A stretch of DNA of 64,000 nt from Vicinamibacteria bacterium (GCA_964291235.2 OZ219815.1:800001-864000), one strand, 5' to 3'; counted from the stretch's first letter, positions 47,796 to 57,543 are shown. Program-made: numbers and translations. The notes: generated from the letters alone by a model not told the origin.

Positions 47796-49046
47796 CTACG
47801 GGGCCTTGACCACCTTCCCATCCCGCATCACGAACCGGACGTCCTCCATCACCCGGACGTTCTCGAGCGGATCTCCTTCGACCGCAATCAGGTCCGCCGC
47901 GTAGCCGTCCGCGATCCGGCCGATCTCGTCTTCGAGGCCGAGCGTCCGCGCCGCGACCGTCATCGCCGACCGCAGTGCGTCCGTCGGGCTCAACCCGATC
48001 CCCACCATCACCGCGAACTCGCGGGCCGCGGTCTCGTGCGGGAAGATGGTGTCCGAGCCGAAAGCCACCGGCGCCCCGGCGGCGAACGCCGCCCCGATGC
48101 GCCGGTCACGCTCTTCCATCAGATCGCGCGCCTTCTGGATGCTCTCCCGCGGGAAGCCGATCGCCTCGCCCTCCTCCACGATGTAGTTCATGACGTAGAG
48201 GGTCGGCACCATCGGGACGCCGCGCTCCTTGAAGAGCCGGATGCCTTCCTCGTCCACGAGCGTCGCGTGCTCCACGGAGTCCACGCCGGCCCGGAGCGCG
48301 GTGATGATCCCCGGCGCGCCGTGGGCGTGGACCGTGATCTTCTTCTTGTGGCGGTGCGCCTCCTCGACCGCCGCGCGGACCTCTTCCTCGGTGTAGGTGC
48401 TGACGTTCGGGTCGTCGCCCGCCGACATCACCCCGCCGGTCATCATCAGCTTGATCCAGTCGGCGCCGTACTTGAACTCCCGCCGGATCTCGAGGCGGAG
48501 CCCCTCCGGCCCGTCGGCGATCCGGGTGGGCGTCTCGATGTGGAGATCCGCCATCAGGTTGTTGAAGTCCCCGTGGCCGCCGGTGGCCGAGATCGCGTGC
48601 GGCGCGATGAGCAGCCGCGGCCCGACGTGCTGGCCGCGGTTGATGGCGTGCTTCAGGTCCACCGTCCCGTAGAAACCATCGAACTCGCCCGGCGTCCGGA
48701 GCGTCGTGAACCCGGCTCCCAGCATCTTTTGGGCGTTCGCCAGCGCGTCGAGCGCGCGCGCCGCGCTCGAGCGGGTGATGTCGATCGCGGTCAGGGTGTC
48801 CGGATTGATCGTCAGGTGCGCGTGCAGGTCGATCAGTCCCGGGAGGCAGGTATAGCCCGAGAGGTCCACCAGCTCGCCGGCGTCCGGAGGTCCGGAAACG
48901 ATCCGCCCGTCCCGGACCACGATGTCCCCGGCGCCACCCATGGCGTCGCCGTCGAAGATCGCTCCGCAGCGGAGCACCGTGTCCTGCGCAAACGCGGTCG
49001 CTCCCAAAAAGAGCGCCGCCAGAAAAACCACCGCCAATCGCGTCAT
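47796..49046 (-). CDS. Exported amidohydrolase (Xaa-Pro dipeptidase-like)
   Basis: LPGLIDLHAH, GADWIKL, HAHG, SVEH and FGSD motifs; signal peptide. Confidence 0.9.
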   Translation of the reverse strand: MTRLAVVFLAALFLGATAFAQDTVLRCGAIFDGDAMGGAGDIVVRDGRIVSGPPDAGELVDLSGYTCLPGLIDLHAHLTINPDTLTAIDITRSSAARALDALANAQKMLGAGFTTLRTPGEFDGFYGTVDLKHAINRGQHVGPRLLIAPHAISATGGHGDFNNLMADLHIETPTRIADGPEGLRLEIRREFKYGADWIKLMMTGGVMSAGDDPNVSTYTEEEVRAAVEEAHRHKKKITVHAHGAPGIITALRAGVDSVEHATLVDEEGIRLFKERGVPMVPTLYVMNYIVEEGEAIGFPRESIQKARDLMEERDRRIGAAFAAGAPVAFGSDTIFPHETAAREFAVMVGIGLSPTDALRSAMTVAARTLGLEDEIGRIADGYAADLIAVEGDPLENVRVMEDVRFVMRDGKVVKAP

Positions 49047-50734
49047 GCCGTTGCCTCCGCCATGCTGCAGCGCCGCGGGTCCCCGCAGGCGCGCCGAATT
49101 CCGTCCTCGCCGATGTGAATCCCCTCGAACGAGCCGTGGTGCCAGTTCCAGGGGTTGACCACGTCGAAGTTGATGCCGCGCGCGGCCGCCTCGTCCCGGA
49201 CCTTCTCGGGGAAGTCCGCCTCGATGAGCACCGCGCCGGGGATGGTCAGCGACGGGCCGCCGAACCGCGGCCGGTTCACCGAATCCGCTACCGGCACCCC
49301 GAACTGGAGCACGTTGAGGCTGTTTTGGAGGACGTTCTGGAGCAGGCTGACGCTCGGCGAGCCGGAGGCCATCACCGGCCGGTCGCCCTGGAACAGGATG
49401 TTCGGCGCCACGTAGGCCGAGATCCGGTGCCCGGGCTTCGGCATCACCCGCAGGAAATGGGCGCCCGCCGCGCAGATGCTCACCCCCTCGGCGAAGAGGC
49501 CGTTGCTCCACGGGTAGGACATGCACGAGTGAAGGATGGTCGAGACGTTCCCGGCGGCGTCCACCACCGTCACGTGGTTGCTTCCGGCCGGCGGGGGCGG
49601 CTCGCCGGCGCCCGAGACCGGATGCCCCATCTGGAGCAGGTCGAACCGCATCCGCGCGTAGTCCTTGGAGAGGATCGTTTCGAGCGGCAGCGGGTGGCTC
49701 TCCGGGTCGTTCTGCCGGCCGCCCTCGGAATAGACGAGGTGGCTGATCCGGACCATCTGGAGCAGGCTCTCGGCCGACTCGGTCGGTGGCCCGAGCCCTT
49801 CCAGATCGAGGAACTCCAGCATGTGGAGCATTTCGATGATGTGGGTGCCGCCGTTATCGGGCGGTGGTGACCCAGCGATCTTCAGGTCGCGGTACGACCC
49901 CCACGCCGGCTCCTGCCAGCGCGGCTCCCAGCGCTCGAAGTCGTCCGGGGTCAGGACGCCGCCCGCCGCCTGGACGATCTCGCAGACCCTCTTCGCGAAG
50001 TCGCCCCGGTAGAAGTAGTCGTTCCCCTCCTCGGCCAGCCGCTCCAGGGTGTCGGCGGCCTGCTTCTGGTAGAGCATCGCGCCGGGACGCGGGATGGCGT
50101 TCCCGTCGAAGAAGATCTCGCGGCCGGCGGCGGTGCGGCCGATCTTCTCGGACTGGATGAAGACCTCGCCCCATAGGAACGGATGCATCTCGAACCCGTC
50201 CCGGGCGTAGGCGACCGCGTCCGCCATCAGTTCCTTGCGGGGGAGCGAACCGTGGCGGTCGTGGGCCGCCTCGAAGCCGCCCCACCAGCCGGGCACCGCC
50301 ACCCCGCGCCCGCCGGCGAGGTCGTGCACGCCGTAGCCGGGGAGCGGCGCCATCGGGGTGTTCACGTTGCCGTTGACGTAGGTGGTCTCGCCGGTCGCCT
50401 GGTCGAAATACATCTGGGAGAGACAGCCGGTGATGGTGGTCATGTGCGGCTCGACCACGGTCTGGGTGATCGAGGCGGCGAGCGCCGCGTCGCAAGCATT
50501 GCCGCCCTTTTCGAGGATGTCGATGGCCGCGCGGGTGGCGAGCGGGTGCGAGGTGATCGCCATCCCGCCGGCGCCCTCGGCCGGGGCCTTCTGGCCGAAG
50601 TGGGCGAGCTCGACGAGCCGCCGGCGTTCCGCGGCGTCGGGGGCGGCGGCCACCCGTGAGGCGGGGATCGCAGCGCCGGCGAGGCCGGCGGCGGTGGTTC
50701 CAAGGAATGTTCGGCGGGATGTCGGGACTCTCAT
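49043..50734 (-). CDS. Gamma-glutamyltransferase-family Ntn hydrolase with Tat signal (divergent active site)
   Basis: SRRTFL Tat motif; GGNACDAA, VAVPG, SPPP..GG, SNHVTVVDAAGN and GDPRR. The longer ORF-track start runs through the repeat array and is an artefact. Confidence 0.88.
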   Translation of the reverse strand: MRVPTSRRTFLGTTAAGLAGAAIPASRVAAAPDAAERRRLVELAHFGQKAPAEGAGGMAITSHPLATRAAIDILEKGGNACDAALAASITQTVVEPHMTTITGCLSQMYFDQATGETTYVNGNVNTPMAPLPGYGVHDLAGGRGVAVPGWWGGFEAAHDRHGSLPRKELMADAVAYARDGFEMHPFLWGEVFIQSEKIGRTAAGREIFFDGNAIPRPGAMLYQKQAADTLERLAEEGNDYFYRGDFAKRVCEIVQAAGGVLTPDDFERWEPRWQEPAWGSYRDLKIAGSPPPDNGGTHIIEMLHMLEFLDLEGLGPPTESAESLLQMVRISHLVYSEGGRQNDPESHPLPLETILSKDYARMRFDLLQMGHPVSGAGEPPPPAGSNHVTVVDAAGNVSTILHSCMSYPWSNGLFAEGVSICAAGAHFLRVMPKPGHRISAYVAPNILFQGDRPVMASGSPSVSLLQNVLQNSLNVLQFGVPVADSVNRPRFGGPSLTIPGAVLIEADFPEKVRDEAAARGINFDVVNPWNWHHGSFEGIHIGEDGIRRACGDPRRCSMAEATA

Positions 50735-50792
50735 GCGGGAACCTCTGGGACGGGCGAACCTACCAAACCAACGGAGCGGCGCTCGGTTGGCT

Positions 50793-51009
50793 GGAGCGCC
50801 AGCCTCCAGGCTGGCATCGCCCGCGCAGCGGGCGAAACTCCCAAACCTGATCCTGCCGGATGGGGCCGCCGCCGAGCAGGGTGGCGCTGCGCCACTCCCG
50901 GGCTTGTACGACAATGCGCCGTCGCCGTTTGGGTTGGCATCTTCCGGGACGACTAAGTCTGGGAGTTTCGCGGCCGGCGGCCGCGATGCCGGCCGGAGGC
51001 CGGCGCTCC
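50793..51009. repeat. 217-bp REPIN/MITE-like inverted-repeat element (left copy)
   Basis: Terminal arms GGAGCGCCAGCCTCCAGGCTGGCATCGC…/…GCGATGCCGGCCGGAGGCCGGCGCTCC; near-identical to 51804-52020. Confidence 0.9.
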
Positions 51010-51016
51010 AGCGGAC

Positions 51017-51778
51017 CCGAGCACCTGTCGATAACGCACCCGGCGGAACCGAACATTTGTCGATAACGCACTCGGCGGAACCCAACACCTGTCGATAACG
51101 CACCCGGCGGAACCGAACACCTGTCGATATCGCACCCGGCGGAACCGAACACCTGTCGATAACGCACTCGGCGAAGCCGAACACCTGTCGATAACGCACT
51201 CGGCGGAACCGAACACCTGTCGATAACGCACTCGGCGGAACCGAACACCTGTCGATAACGCACCCGGCGGAACCCAACACCTGTCGATAACGCATTCGGC
51301 GGAACCGAACACCTGTCGATAACGCATTCGCCGGAACCGAACACCTGTCGATAACCCACCCGGCGGATCCGAACACCTGTCGATAACCCACCCGGCGGAA
51401 CCCGAACACCTGTCGATAACCCACCCGGCGGATCCGAACACCTGTCGATAACCCACCCGGCGAAGCCGAACACCTGTCGATAACGCACCCGGCGGATCCG
51501 AACACCTGTCGATAACGCACCCGGCGGATCCCGAACACCTGTCGATAACCCACCCGGCGGATCCGAACACCTGTCGATAACGCACCCGGCGGAACCCAAA
51601 CACCTGTCGATAACGCACCCGGCGGAACCCAACACCTGTCGATAACGCACCCGGCGGAACCCAACACCTGTCGATAACGCACCCGGCGACGCCGAACACC
51701 TGTCGATAACGCACCCGGCGGAACCCAACACCTGTCGATAACGCACCCGGCGGAACCGAGCACCTCTCGATAACGCAG
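51017..51778. repeat. Tandem array of 24 x 32(-33)-bp units
   Basis: Consensus CCGAACACCTGTCGATAACGCACCCGGCGGAA. Core TGTCGATA recurs from 51026 to 51765 (last copy TCTCGATA): 20 intervals of 32 bp and 3 of 33 bp. Confidence 0.95.
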
Positions 51779-51803
51779 TCGGTGCAACAGTCCCTGTTGG
51801 CTA

Positions 51804-52020
51804 GGAGCGCCAGCCTCCAGGCTGGCATCGCCCGCGCAGCGGGCGAAACTCCCAGACCTGATCCTGCCGGATGGGGCCGCCGCCGAGCAGGGTGGCGCTG
51901 CGCCACTCCCGGGCTTGTACGGCAATGCGCCGTCCCCGTTTGGGTTGGCGTCTTCACGGACGACTAAGTCTGGGAGTTTCACGGCCTGCGGCCGCGATGC
52001 CGGCCGGAGGCCGGCGCTCC
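51804..52020. repeat. 217-bp REPIN/MITE-like inverted-repeat element (right copy, direct repeat of left)
   Basis: Same length and orientation as 50793-51009, with a few substitutions. Confidence 0.9.
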
Positions 52021-52025
52021 GGTCC

Positions 52026-53354
52026 CTACTCCGGAGGCTCCGGCATCGCCCAGGCCGCCTCCACCGGGAACCCGTCCTTCCACACCGCGGCGATCGCGGT
52101 GCTCAGGCTCAGGTCGCTTTCGAGGTCCCCGGCGACCAGCAACAGGTCGGCGATCCGGCCGCGCTCCAGCCGTCCCCGATCCTCGATTCCGAAGGCATCC
52201 GCGGCCTCGCCGGTGGCGGCCGCCAGCGACTCCGCCGCACTCAATCCCGAACGCTGGAGAAGCCGCAGCTCGCCGTGCACCGAGATCCCGAAGCCGGTCC
52301 CCGGGTTCGGGGCGTCGGTCCCGGCGAGAATCCGCACCCCCGCCACGTGGAGCCGGCGGACGCTCTCGACCGACGCCTCGCTGGTTCCGACCGGTCGCGG
52401 GAACGTGCCCGAAAGCGTCTCGCGCTGCACCGCCGACACGTGCTCCGCCGGCGTCTCCGCCAGCAACTCCGGCCCCATCGACTCCCCCGCCGCCGCGACT
52501 CGCACCGAGAGCGTCGGGATCACGAACACCCCCGCTTCGGCGAAGCGCGCCGCGTCCTCCTCGGAGATGACCTCGTCCCCCCAGACGTGGACAAACCCGT
52601 CAATCCCCATCTCGAGCGCGGCGAGCGCGTGCTCGAGCGTGCTCACGTGGATGACCGCGAGCAGCTCCTCGGCGTGAGCGGCCTCGATGACCGCCGCGAT
52701 CGTCTCGCGGTCGAGCGTCGGGATGACCGCCCCGAAGGTGCTGCCGTCCTCCCAGATGATCTTGATCCAGTCGGCGCCCTCTTCCTTCCGCGCGCGGACG
52801 AAGGCCGGCGCCTCCTCCGGATTCGTCAGCGTCTCCACCGGGACGCCGAACTGGGTACCGTGCCCGTCGGGCGCGGTAGCGACGTTGCCCGCGGAAAAGA
52901 GATCGGCCTCGTCGCCGCGGCCGAGCGCCTCCCGGGCCGGGCGCTTGTTGGCCGCGAGCGCCGGGGCCGTGAACTGATCGAACACCGTGGTCACCCCGAA
53001 GCGCAGGGAGTCGGCCAGCGCCATCCCGTAGGTGTGGGTGTGGGCGTCGATCAGTCCCGGCAGCAGGGTGTGGCCGCGGCCGTCCACGCGAGGCAGGCCC
53101 GCGGGGAGATCCAGCCGCTGCCCGACGGCCCGGATCCGTCCGTCCTCGACCCAGACGTCCCGGTGGGGCCGGAACTCCTCCCCGTCGAACACGGTCACGT
53201 CCACCACCGCGAAATCGGTCTCCGGGAGCGGCCCGCCCGGCGGGTCCGCCGGTTCCGGTACCGGTAGCGTCATGAGCAGGCCCACGAACACCGCAACCCC
53301 CACTGCGGCGATCAGCGGGTCGCGGCGCCAGAGGATGCGCTCGGCAGGAGTCAC
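52026..53354 (-). CDS. Membrane-anchored amidohydrolase
   Basis: LPGLIDAHTH, GADWIKI, VIHV, FVH and LAGTDAPNPG; N-terminal TM; GTG start near 53354. Confidence 0.85.
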   Translation of the reverse strand: MTPAERILWRRDPLIAAVGVAVFVGLLMTLPVPEPADPPGGPLPETDFAVVDVTVFDGEEFRPHRDVWVEDGRIRAVGQRLDLPAGLPRVDGRGHTLLPGLIDAHTHTYGMALADSLRFGVTTVFDQFTAPALAANKRPAREALGRGDEADLFSAGNVATAPDGHGTQFGVPVETLTNPEEAPAFVRARKEEGADWIKIIWEDGSTFGAVIPTLDRETIAAVIEAAHAEELLAVIHVSTLEHALAALEMGIDGFVHVWGDEVISEEDAARFAEAGVFVIPTLSVRVAAAGESMGPELLAETPAEHVSAVQRETLSGTFPRPVGTSEASVESVRRLHVAGVRILAGTDAPNPGTGFGISVHGELRLLQRSGLSAAESLAAATGEAADAFGIEDRGRLERGRIADLLLVAGDLESDLSLSTAIAAVWKDGFPVEAAWAMPEPPE

Positions 53355-53359
53355 GTCGC

Positions 53360-54139
53360 TCACCGCCCGGAGAACCGCCGGAGTCCCACGGCCGCCGCCA
53401 CCAGGCAGATCGCGGTCTGCCCGCCCAGCAGCACGAGATGGAGCCACAGCGGCCGGCCCAGATCGAGGTCGATCACCTTCAGCGCCAGTTGGCCCAGGTG
53501 ATAGGCGGGAAAGGCGATGGCGATGTCCTGCAGGAAGCCCGGAAGCATGTAGATCGGGACCCACAGTCCCGAGATGAGCGACATGCCGATGAAGACGAGG
53601 TTCACGATCGCTACCGCGGCCTGTTGCTTCGCCCACGCCCCCATCGCCAGCCCGATGGCGCTGAACGGCAGCACCCCCGCGAGGATGATCCCGGCGAGCG
53701 CGAACCACTGCCCCCGGTAGAGCTCGACTCCCGCGACGAAGCCAGCCAGGAGAAACAGCGCGAGCACCACCACGGCGCCGAAGATGGCCGCCGTCCCCAC
53801 CCGGGCGCACAGGTAGGCGCCGGCGGGCATCGGCGTCGTGCGCTTCAGCAGGAGGGCGCCGGTGTCGCGCTCCTGAGCGAGTCCCACCCCGAAACCGAAG
53901 AGCGACGGAGCGAGGACGCCGAAGACACCGTAGGTCGCCAGCATGTAGGTCGGCGCCGCGAGCGACTGGCCGCCCGACTGGAACACCACGGCGAAGAACA
54001 GGTAGAAGAGCACCGGGAAGAGCAGCGTCGGGATGGCGAACGCCGGCAGCCGCAGCGAGCTCAGGAACTGGAACCGCGTCTCCAGCAGGGTGATCCGCAG
54101 GTGCCAGAGGAAGCCGCGGCGCGCGGTGGTGGCTGTCAC
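53360..54139 (-). CDS. ABC-2 type exporter permease
   Basis: Six TM helices; FPVLFYLFF, ERDTG..LKRTTPMP, SGLWVP…LP. Confidence 0.9.
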   Translation of the reverse strand: MTATTARRGFLWHLRITLLETRFQFLSSLRLPAFAIPTLLFPVLFYLFFAVVFQSGGQSLAAPTYMLATYGVFGVLAPSLFGFGVGLAQERDTGALLLKRTTPMPAGAYLCARVGTAAIFGAVVVLALFLLAGFVAGVELYRGQWFALAGIILAGVLPFSAIGLAMGAWAKQQAAVAIVNLVFIGMSLISGLWVPIYMLPGFLQDIAIAFPAYHLGQLALKVIDLDLGRPLWLHLVLLGGQTAICLVAAAVGLRRFSGR

Positions 54140-55057
54140 TTACGCGTCTCCCGCCCCACCGTCGCCGGTAAGCGCGAGGAACGCCTCCTCGAGTCCCACA
54201 CCGACCACCGTCAGGTCCTTGAGGTCCGGGTCGAGCGCGAACATCCGGCGGAGCAGCGCCTCCGGCTCGGCGCTCACGATCTCGAGATGCTGGCCCTTGG
54301 TCTCCACCCGGGCGGCCTCGGGGAAGGAACGCGCGGTTTCGGGACCGATGCTCGTGACAGAGCGCACCACGCGGCCCGAGGTGCGCGACTTGATCTCCTC
54401 CGGGCTCCCGGCGGCGATCAGCCGCCCCCGGTGGATCACCGCGATCCGGTCGGCGAGCGCGTCCGCCTCCTCGAGGTAATGGGTGGTGAGGACGGCGGTG
54501 CGTCCGGCCGCCTTCAGCCCCCGGATCTCGTCCCACAGCCGGCGGCGGCCGTCGAGATCCAGTCCGGCGGTCGGCTCGTCGAGGAACACGAGTTCCGGAT
54601 CGCCAGCCAGCGCCAGGGCGAACATCACCCGCTGCTTCTGCCCGCCGGAGAGCTTCCCGTAGCGCCGGTCCTTGAGTTCCTGGAGGCCCGCCATTTCCAG
54701 GAGGCGCGCCGTCGGTAGGGGCGAGGGGTAGTAGGCGCGGAAGAGCGCCAGGTGCTCCGCCACGGTGAGCGTCTCCGGAACTCCGGAGATCTGGAGCATC
54801 GCGCCGCGCCGCAGGCGGACCTCGGCGGCGTCCGGGGCGCGCCCGAAGACGCGGGCGGCCCCGGACTGCAGCGGCAGCGTGCCGAGGAGGAGGCTGACCG
54901 CGGTCGTTTTCCCGGCGCCGTTCGGTCCGAGCACCGCGAGCACCTCGCCCTCCCGGACTTCCAGATCGAGCCGGTCGAGCGCCAGGACCTCGCCGTAGCG
55001 GTGGCTCACGCCGGAGAGGTGCGCGAGGCCGGAGCGGGGTGTCGGGGCGGGTGGCAA
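54140..55057 (-). CDS. ABC transporter ATP-binding protein
   Basis: GPNGAGKTT, LSGGQKQR, FLDEPT and TTHYLEEA motifs. Confidence 0.95.
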   Translation of the reverse strand: MPPAPTPRSGLAHLSGVSHRYGEVLALDRLDLEVREGEVLAVLGPNGAGKTTAVSLLLGTLPLQSGAARVFGRAPDAAEVRLRRGAMLQISGVPETLTVAEHLALFRAYYPSPLPTARLLEMAGLQELKDRRYGKLSGGQKQRVMFALALAGDPELVFLDEPTAGLDLDGRRRLWDEIRGLKAAGRTAVLTTHYLEEADALADRIAVIHRGRLIAAGSPEEIKSRTSGRVVRSVTSIGPETARSFPEAARVETKGQHLEIVSAEPEALLRRMFALDPDLKDLTVVGVGLEEAFLALTGDGGAGDA

Positions 55058-55188
55058 GGCGGTCGAGGCCCGTCAGAATGGTTTCACGGCGGCCCCGGTC
55101 CCTTGAATACGCGTGCGTAACGCCGGTATTACGCGATCCCGGTTTCCGGCCTCGCTAGAATCGCGCCCCCTCGGAAGACGAACCAAGC

Positions 55189-57510
55189 TTGGCGATCAGA
55201 ACCCAGACCATCGGCGACCGGGTAAAGCGGCGCGAAGACCCGCGGCTGGTCACCGGCCAGGCGCTCTACACGCCGGACATCCCGCTGCCGGACGCCCTCC
55301 ACCTCGCGGTCGTGCGGAGCCCCTACCCGCACGCCGAGATCGTCTCGATCGAGACCGAAGAAGCCGCCGCCGCGCCGGGCGTGGTGGGCGTCTTCACCGC
55401 GGCCGACATCCTGCCGACGCTCAAGAAGCCCTTCCCCGTGGCCCGGGCGCCGGATGGCGGCGCGTTCACCGAACTGCACCTGCCGCCGCGGTGGGCGCTC
55501 GCCGACGGCAAGGCCCTCACGGTCGGCGATCCGGTGGTCGCCGTCGTCGCCGAAACGGCGGCGCAGGCCGTGGACGCGGCGGGGCTGGTCTTCGTGGACT
55601 ACCGGGACCTCCCGGGAGCCGGCGACTCGAAGGCGGCGCGCGCCGAGGGCGCCGAACTCCTCTACTCCGAGGTGGCCGGCAACCGGGCGTTCGTGTGGGA
55701 ACTCCATCCCGAGGGGGCCCCGGAGGCCGCGACCGGCGAGGTCGAGGTTTCGCTCGATTTTCGGATCCAGCGGCTCATCCCGAGCGCCATGGAACCGCGG
55801 GCGGTGGCCGCGCGGGTGGATGGCGACCGGATCACCATGTGGACCTCCACCCAGTCCGCGCACCGGGTGAAATCGAGCGTGGCGCGCATCCTGGGTATTG
55901 ACGAGGAACGCGTCCGCACGATCGCCCCCGAAGTGGGCGGCGGCTTCGGCGCCAAGGCGAACCTCTACGCCGAGGAGATCCTGGTCCCCTGGCTCGCCCT
56001 GAAGCTCGGTCGGCCGGTCCGCTGGTTCGCCACCCGGACCGAGGACTTCCAGACCACCACCCACGGGCGGAACCTCTTCGTCACCCTGGGCGTCGCCGCG
56101 GACCCGGACGGCCGCGTCCGGCACTGCGACGTGGAAGTGCTCTACGACTCCGGCGCCTACTTCAGCCGGCCGGGACCCACCACCCCGTCGCTCACCGGGG
56201 CCATGATCGTCGGGCCCTACGACATCCGCTCCGCCCACGCGCGCGCCGAGGGCGCGTTCACGAACACCGCCCCGAACGAGCCCTACCGGGGCTCGGGACG
56301 GCCGGAGGCCACCTACCTGATCGAGCGGGCGCTCGACGTGCTCGCCGGCCGGATCGGGATGGACCCGGCCGAAATCCGCCGGCGCAACCTGATCCCGCCG
56401 CACAAGTTCCCCTACCGGACGGCGACCGGCCTCACCTACGACAGCGGCGAGTACGAAAAGGCGCTCGACCTGGCGCTCGAGGCCGGCGACTACCAGGGCC
56501 TGCGCGCCGAGCAGGCGCGGCGGCAGGCCGAGGGCGGCAAACCGCTCGGCATCGGACTCGCCTGCTACGTCGAGATCTGCGGGTTCGGTCCCTGGGAGGC
56601 CGGGGGCGTCACGATTGAATCGGATGGCTCGGTCACCGTCCGGAGCGGGACCTCGCCGCACGGGCAGGGACACGAGACCGCGTGGGCCCAGATCGCCGCC
56701 GCACAGCTCGGCGTCTCGCTCGACGACGTGACGGTGCTTCACGGCGATACCGACGAATGCCCCCGCGGCATCGGCACCTTCGGGAGCCGGAGCGCGCCGG
56801 TGGGCGGATCGGCGATCTTCAACAACGCCGAGACCGTCCGGGAGCGCGCGAAGGAGCTCGCCGCGCGCCTGCTGGAAGCGGCCGCCGAGGACATCCGCTT
56901 CGAAGAGGGCCGGTTCTTCGTCGCCGGTTCGCCGGCCCGCGCCGTGGGCTGGTCCCAGATCGCGGCCTTTGCCTATTCGTCAGATGCCCCGGAAGACGCG
57001 GCCGCCGCTCTCACCGCCGACGTGGACTTCAAGCCGCCCGCCGAGACCTTCCCCTTCGGAACGCATCTCTGCGCGGTCGAGATCGACCCCGATACGGGGC
57101 AGGTCACGATTGTTCGCTACATCTCGGTGGACGACTGCGGCAAGGTCATCAACCCGCTGCTCGCCGAGGGACAGGTGCACGGCGGGCTCGCCCAGGGGAT
57201 CTCGCAGGCGCTCTTCGAAGACGCCGTGTACGACAAAGAGGGCAACCTGCTCACCGGCACGCTTCTCGAGTACGCCGTCCCGCGGGCCGACATGCTGCCG
57301 TCCTACGAGCTGCACCGCACCGTGACCCCAACCCCGGTGAACCCCCTCGGCGTAAAGGGCATCGGGGAGGCGGCGACCATCGGTTCCACGCCGGCGGTCG
57401 CGAACGCGGTCATGGACGCGCTCCGCCCGTTCGGGGTGGAGCACCTCGATACGCCGCTCACGCCCGAGAAGGTCTGGCGCGCGATGCGCGGCGGCGGATC
57501 GGGCGACTGA
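55189..57510 (+). CDS. Xanthine dehydrogenase-family molybdopterin-binding large subunit (CoxL form II-like)
   Basis: RREDPRL.TG, VGGGFGAK, PYRGSGRPE, HGQGHET, GTFGSRS, GQVHGG.AQG and KGIGE. Confidence 0.92.
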   Translation: MAIRTQTIGDRVKRREDPRLVTGQALYTPDIPLPDALHLAVVRSPYPHAEIVSIETEEAAAAPGVVGVFTAADILPTLKKPFPVARAPDGGAFTELHLPPRWALADGKALTVGDPVVAVVAETAAQAVDAAGLVFVDYRDLPGAGDSKAARAEGAELLYSEVAGNRAFVWELHPEGAPEAATGEVEVSLDFRIQRLIPSAMEPRAVAARVDGDRITMWTSTQSAHRVKSSVARILGIDEERVRTIAPEVGGGFGAKANLYAEEILVPWLALKLGRPVRWFATRTEDFQTTTHGRNLFVTLGVAADPDGRVRHCDVEVLYDSGAYFSRPGPTTPSLTGAMIVGPYDIRSAHARAEGAFTNTAPNEPYRGSGRPEATYLIERALDVLAGRIGMDPAEIRRRNLIPPHKFPYRTATGLTYDSGEYEKALDLALEAGDYQGLRAEQARRQAEGGKPLGIGLACYVEICGFGPWEAGGVTIESDGSVTVRSGTSPHGQGHETAWAQIAAAQLGVSLDDVTVLHGDTDECPRGIGTFGSRSAPVGGSAIFNNAETVRERAKELAARLLEAAAEDIRFEEGRFFVAGSPARAVGWSQIAAFAYSSDAPEDAAAALTADVDFKPPAETFPFGTHLCAVEIDPDTGQVTIVRYISVDDCGKVINPLLAEGQVHGGLAQGISQALFEDAVYDKEGNLLTGTLLEYAVPRADMLPSYELHRTVTPTPVNPLGVKGIGEAATIGSTPAVANAVMDALRPFGVEHLDTPLTPEKVWRAMRGGGSGD

Positions 57511-57543
57511 CGGCGCCGAGTTCGTTACCGACGACTCTTTGAC

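Noticed and set aside
51017-51778. CRISPR array
   Set aside because: Units are contiguous and near-identical with no unique spacers, and there are no cas genes in the window.
50735-51982. Long repetitive ORFs (CVIDRCSVPPGALSTGVRFRRVRYRQVFGSAG)n and an N-terminal extension of the GGT
   Set aside because: The minus strand of the 32-mer has no stop codon in any frame. The period is not a multiple of 3, units contain 1-nt indels, and the GGT has its own Tat start at 50734.
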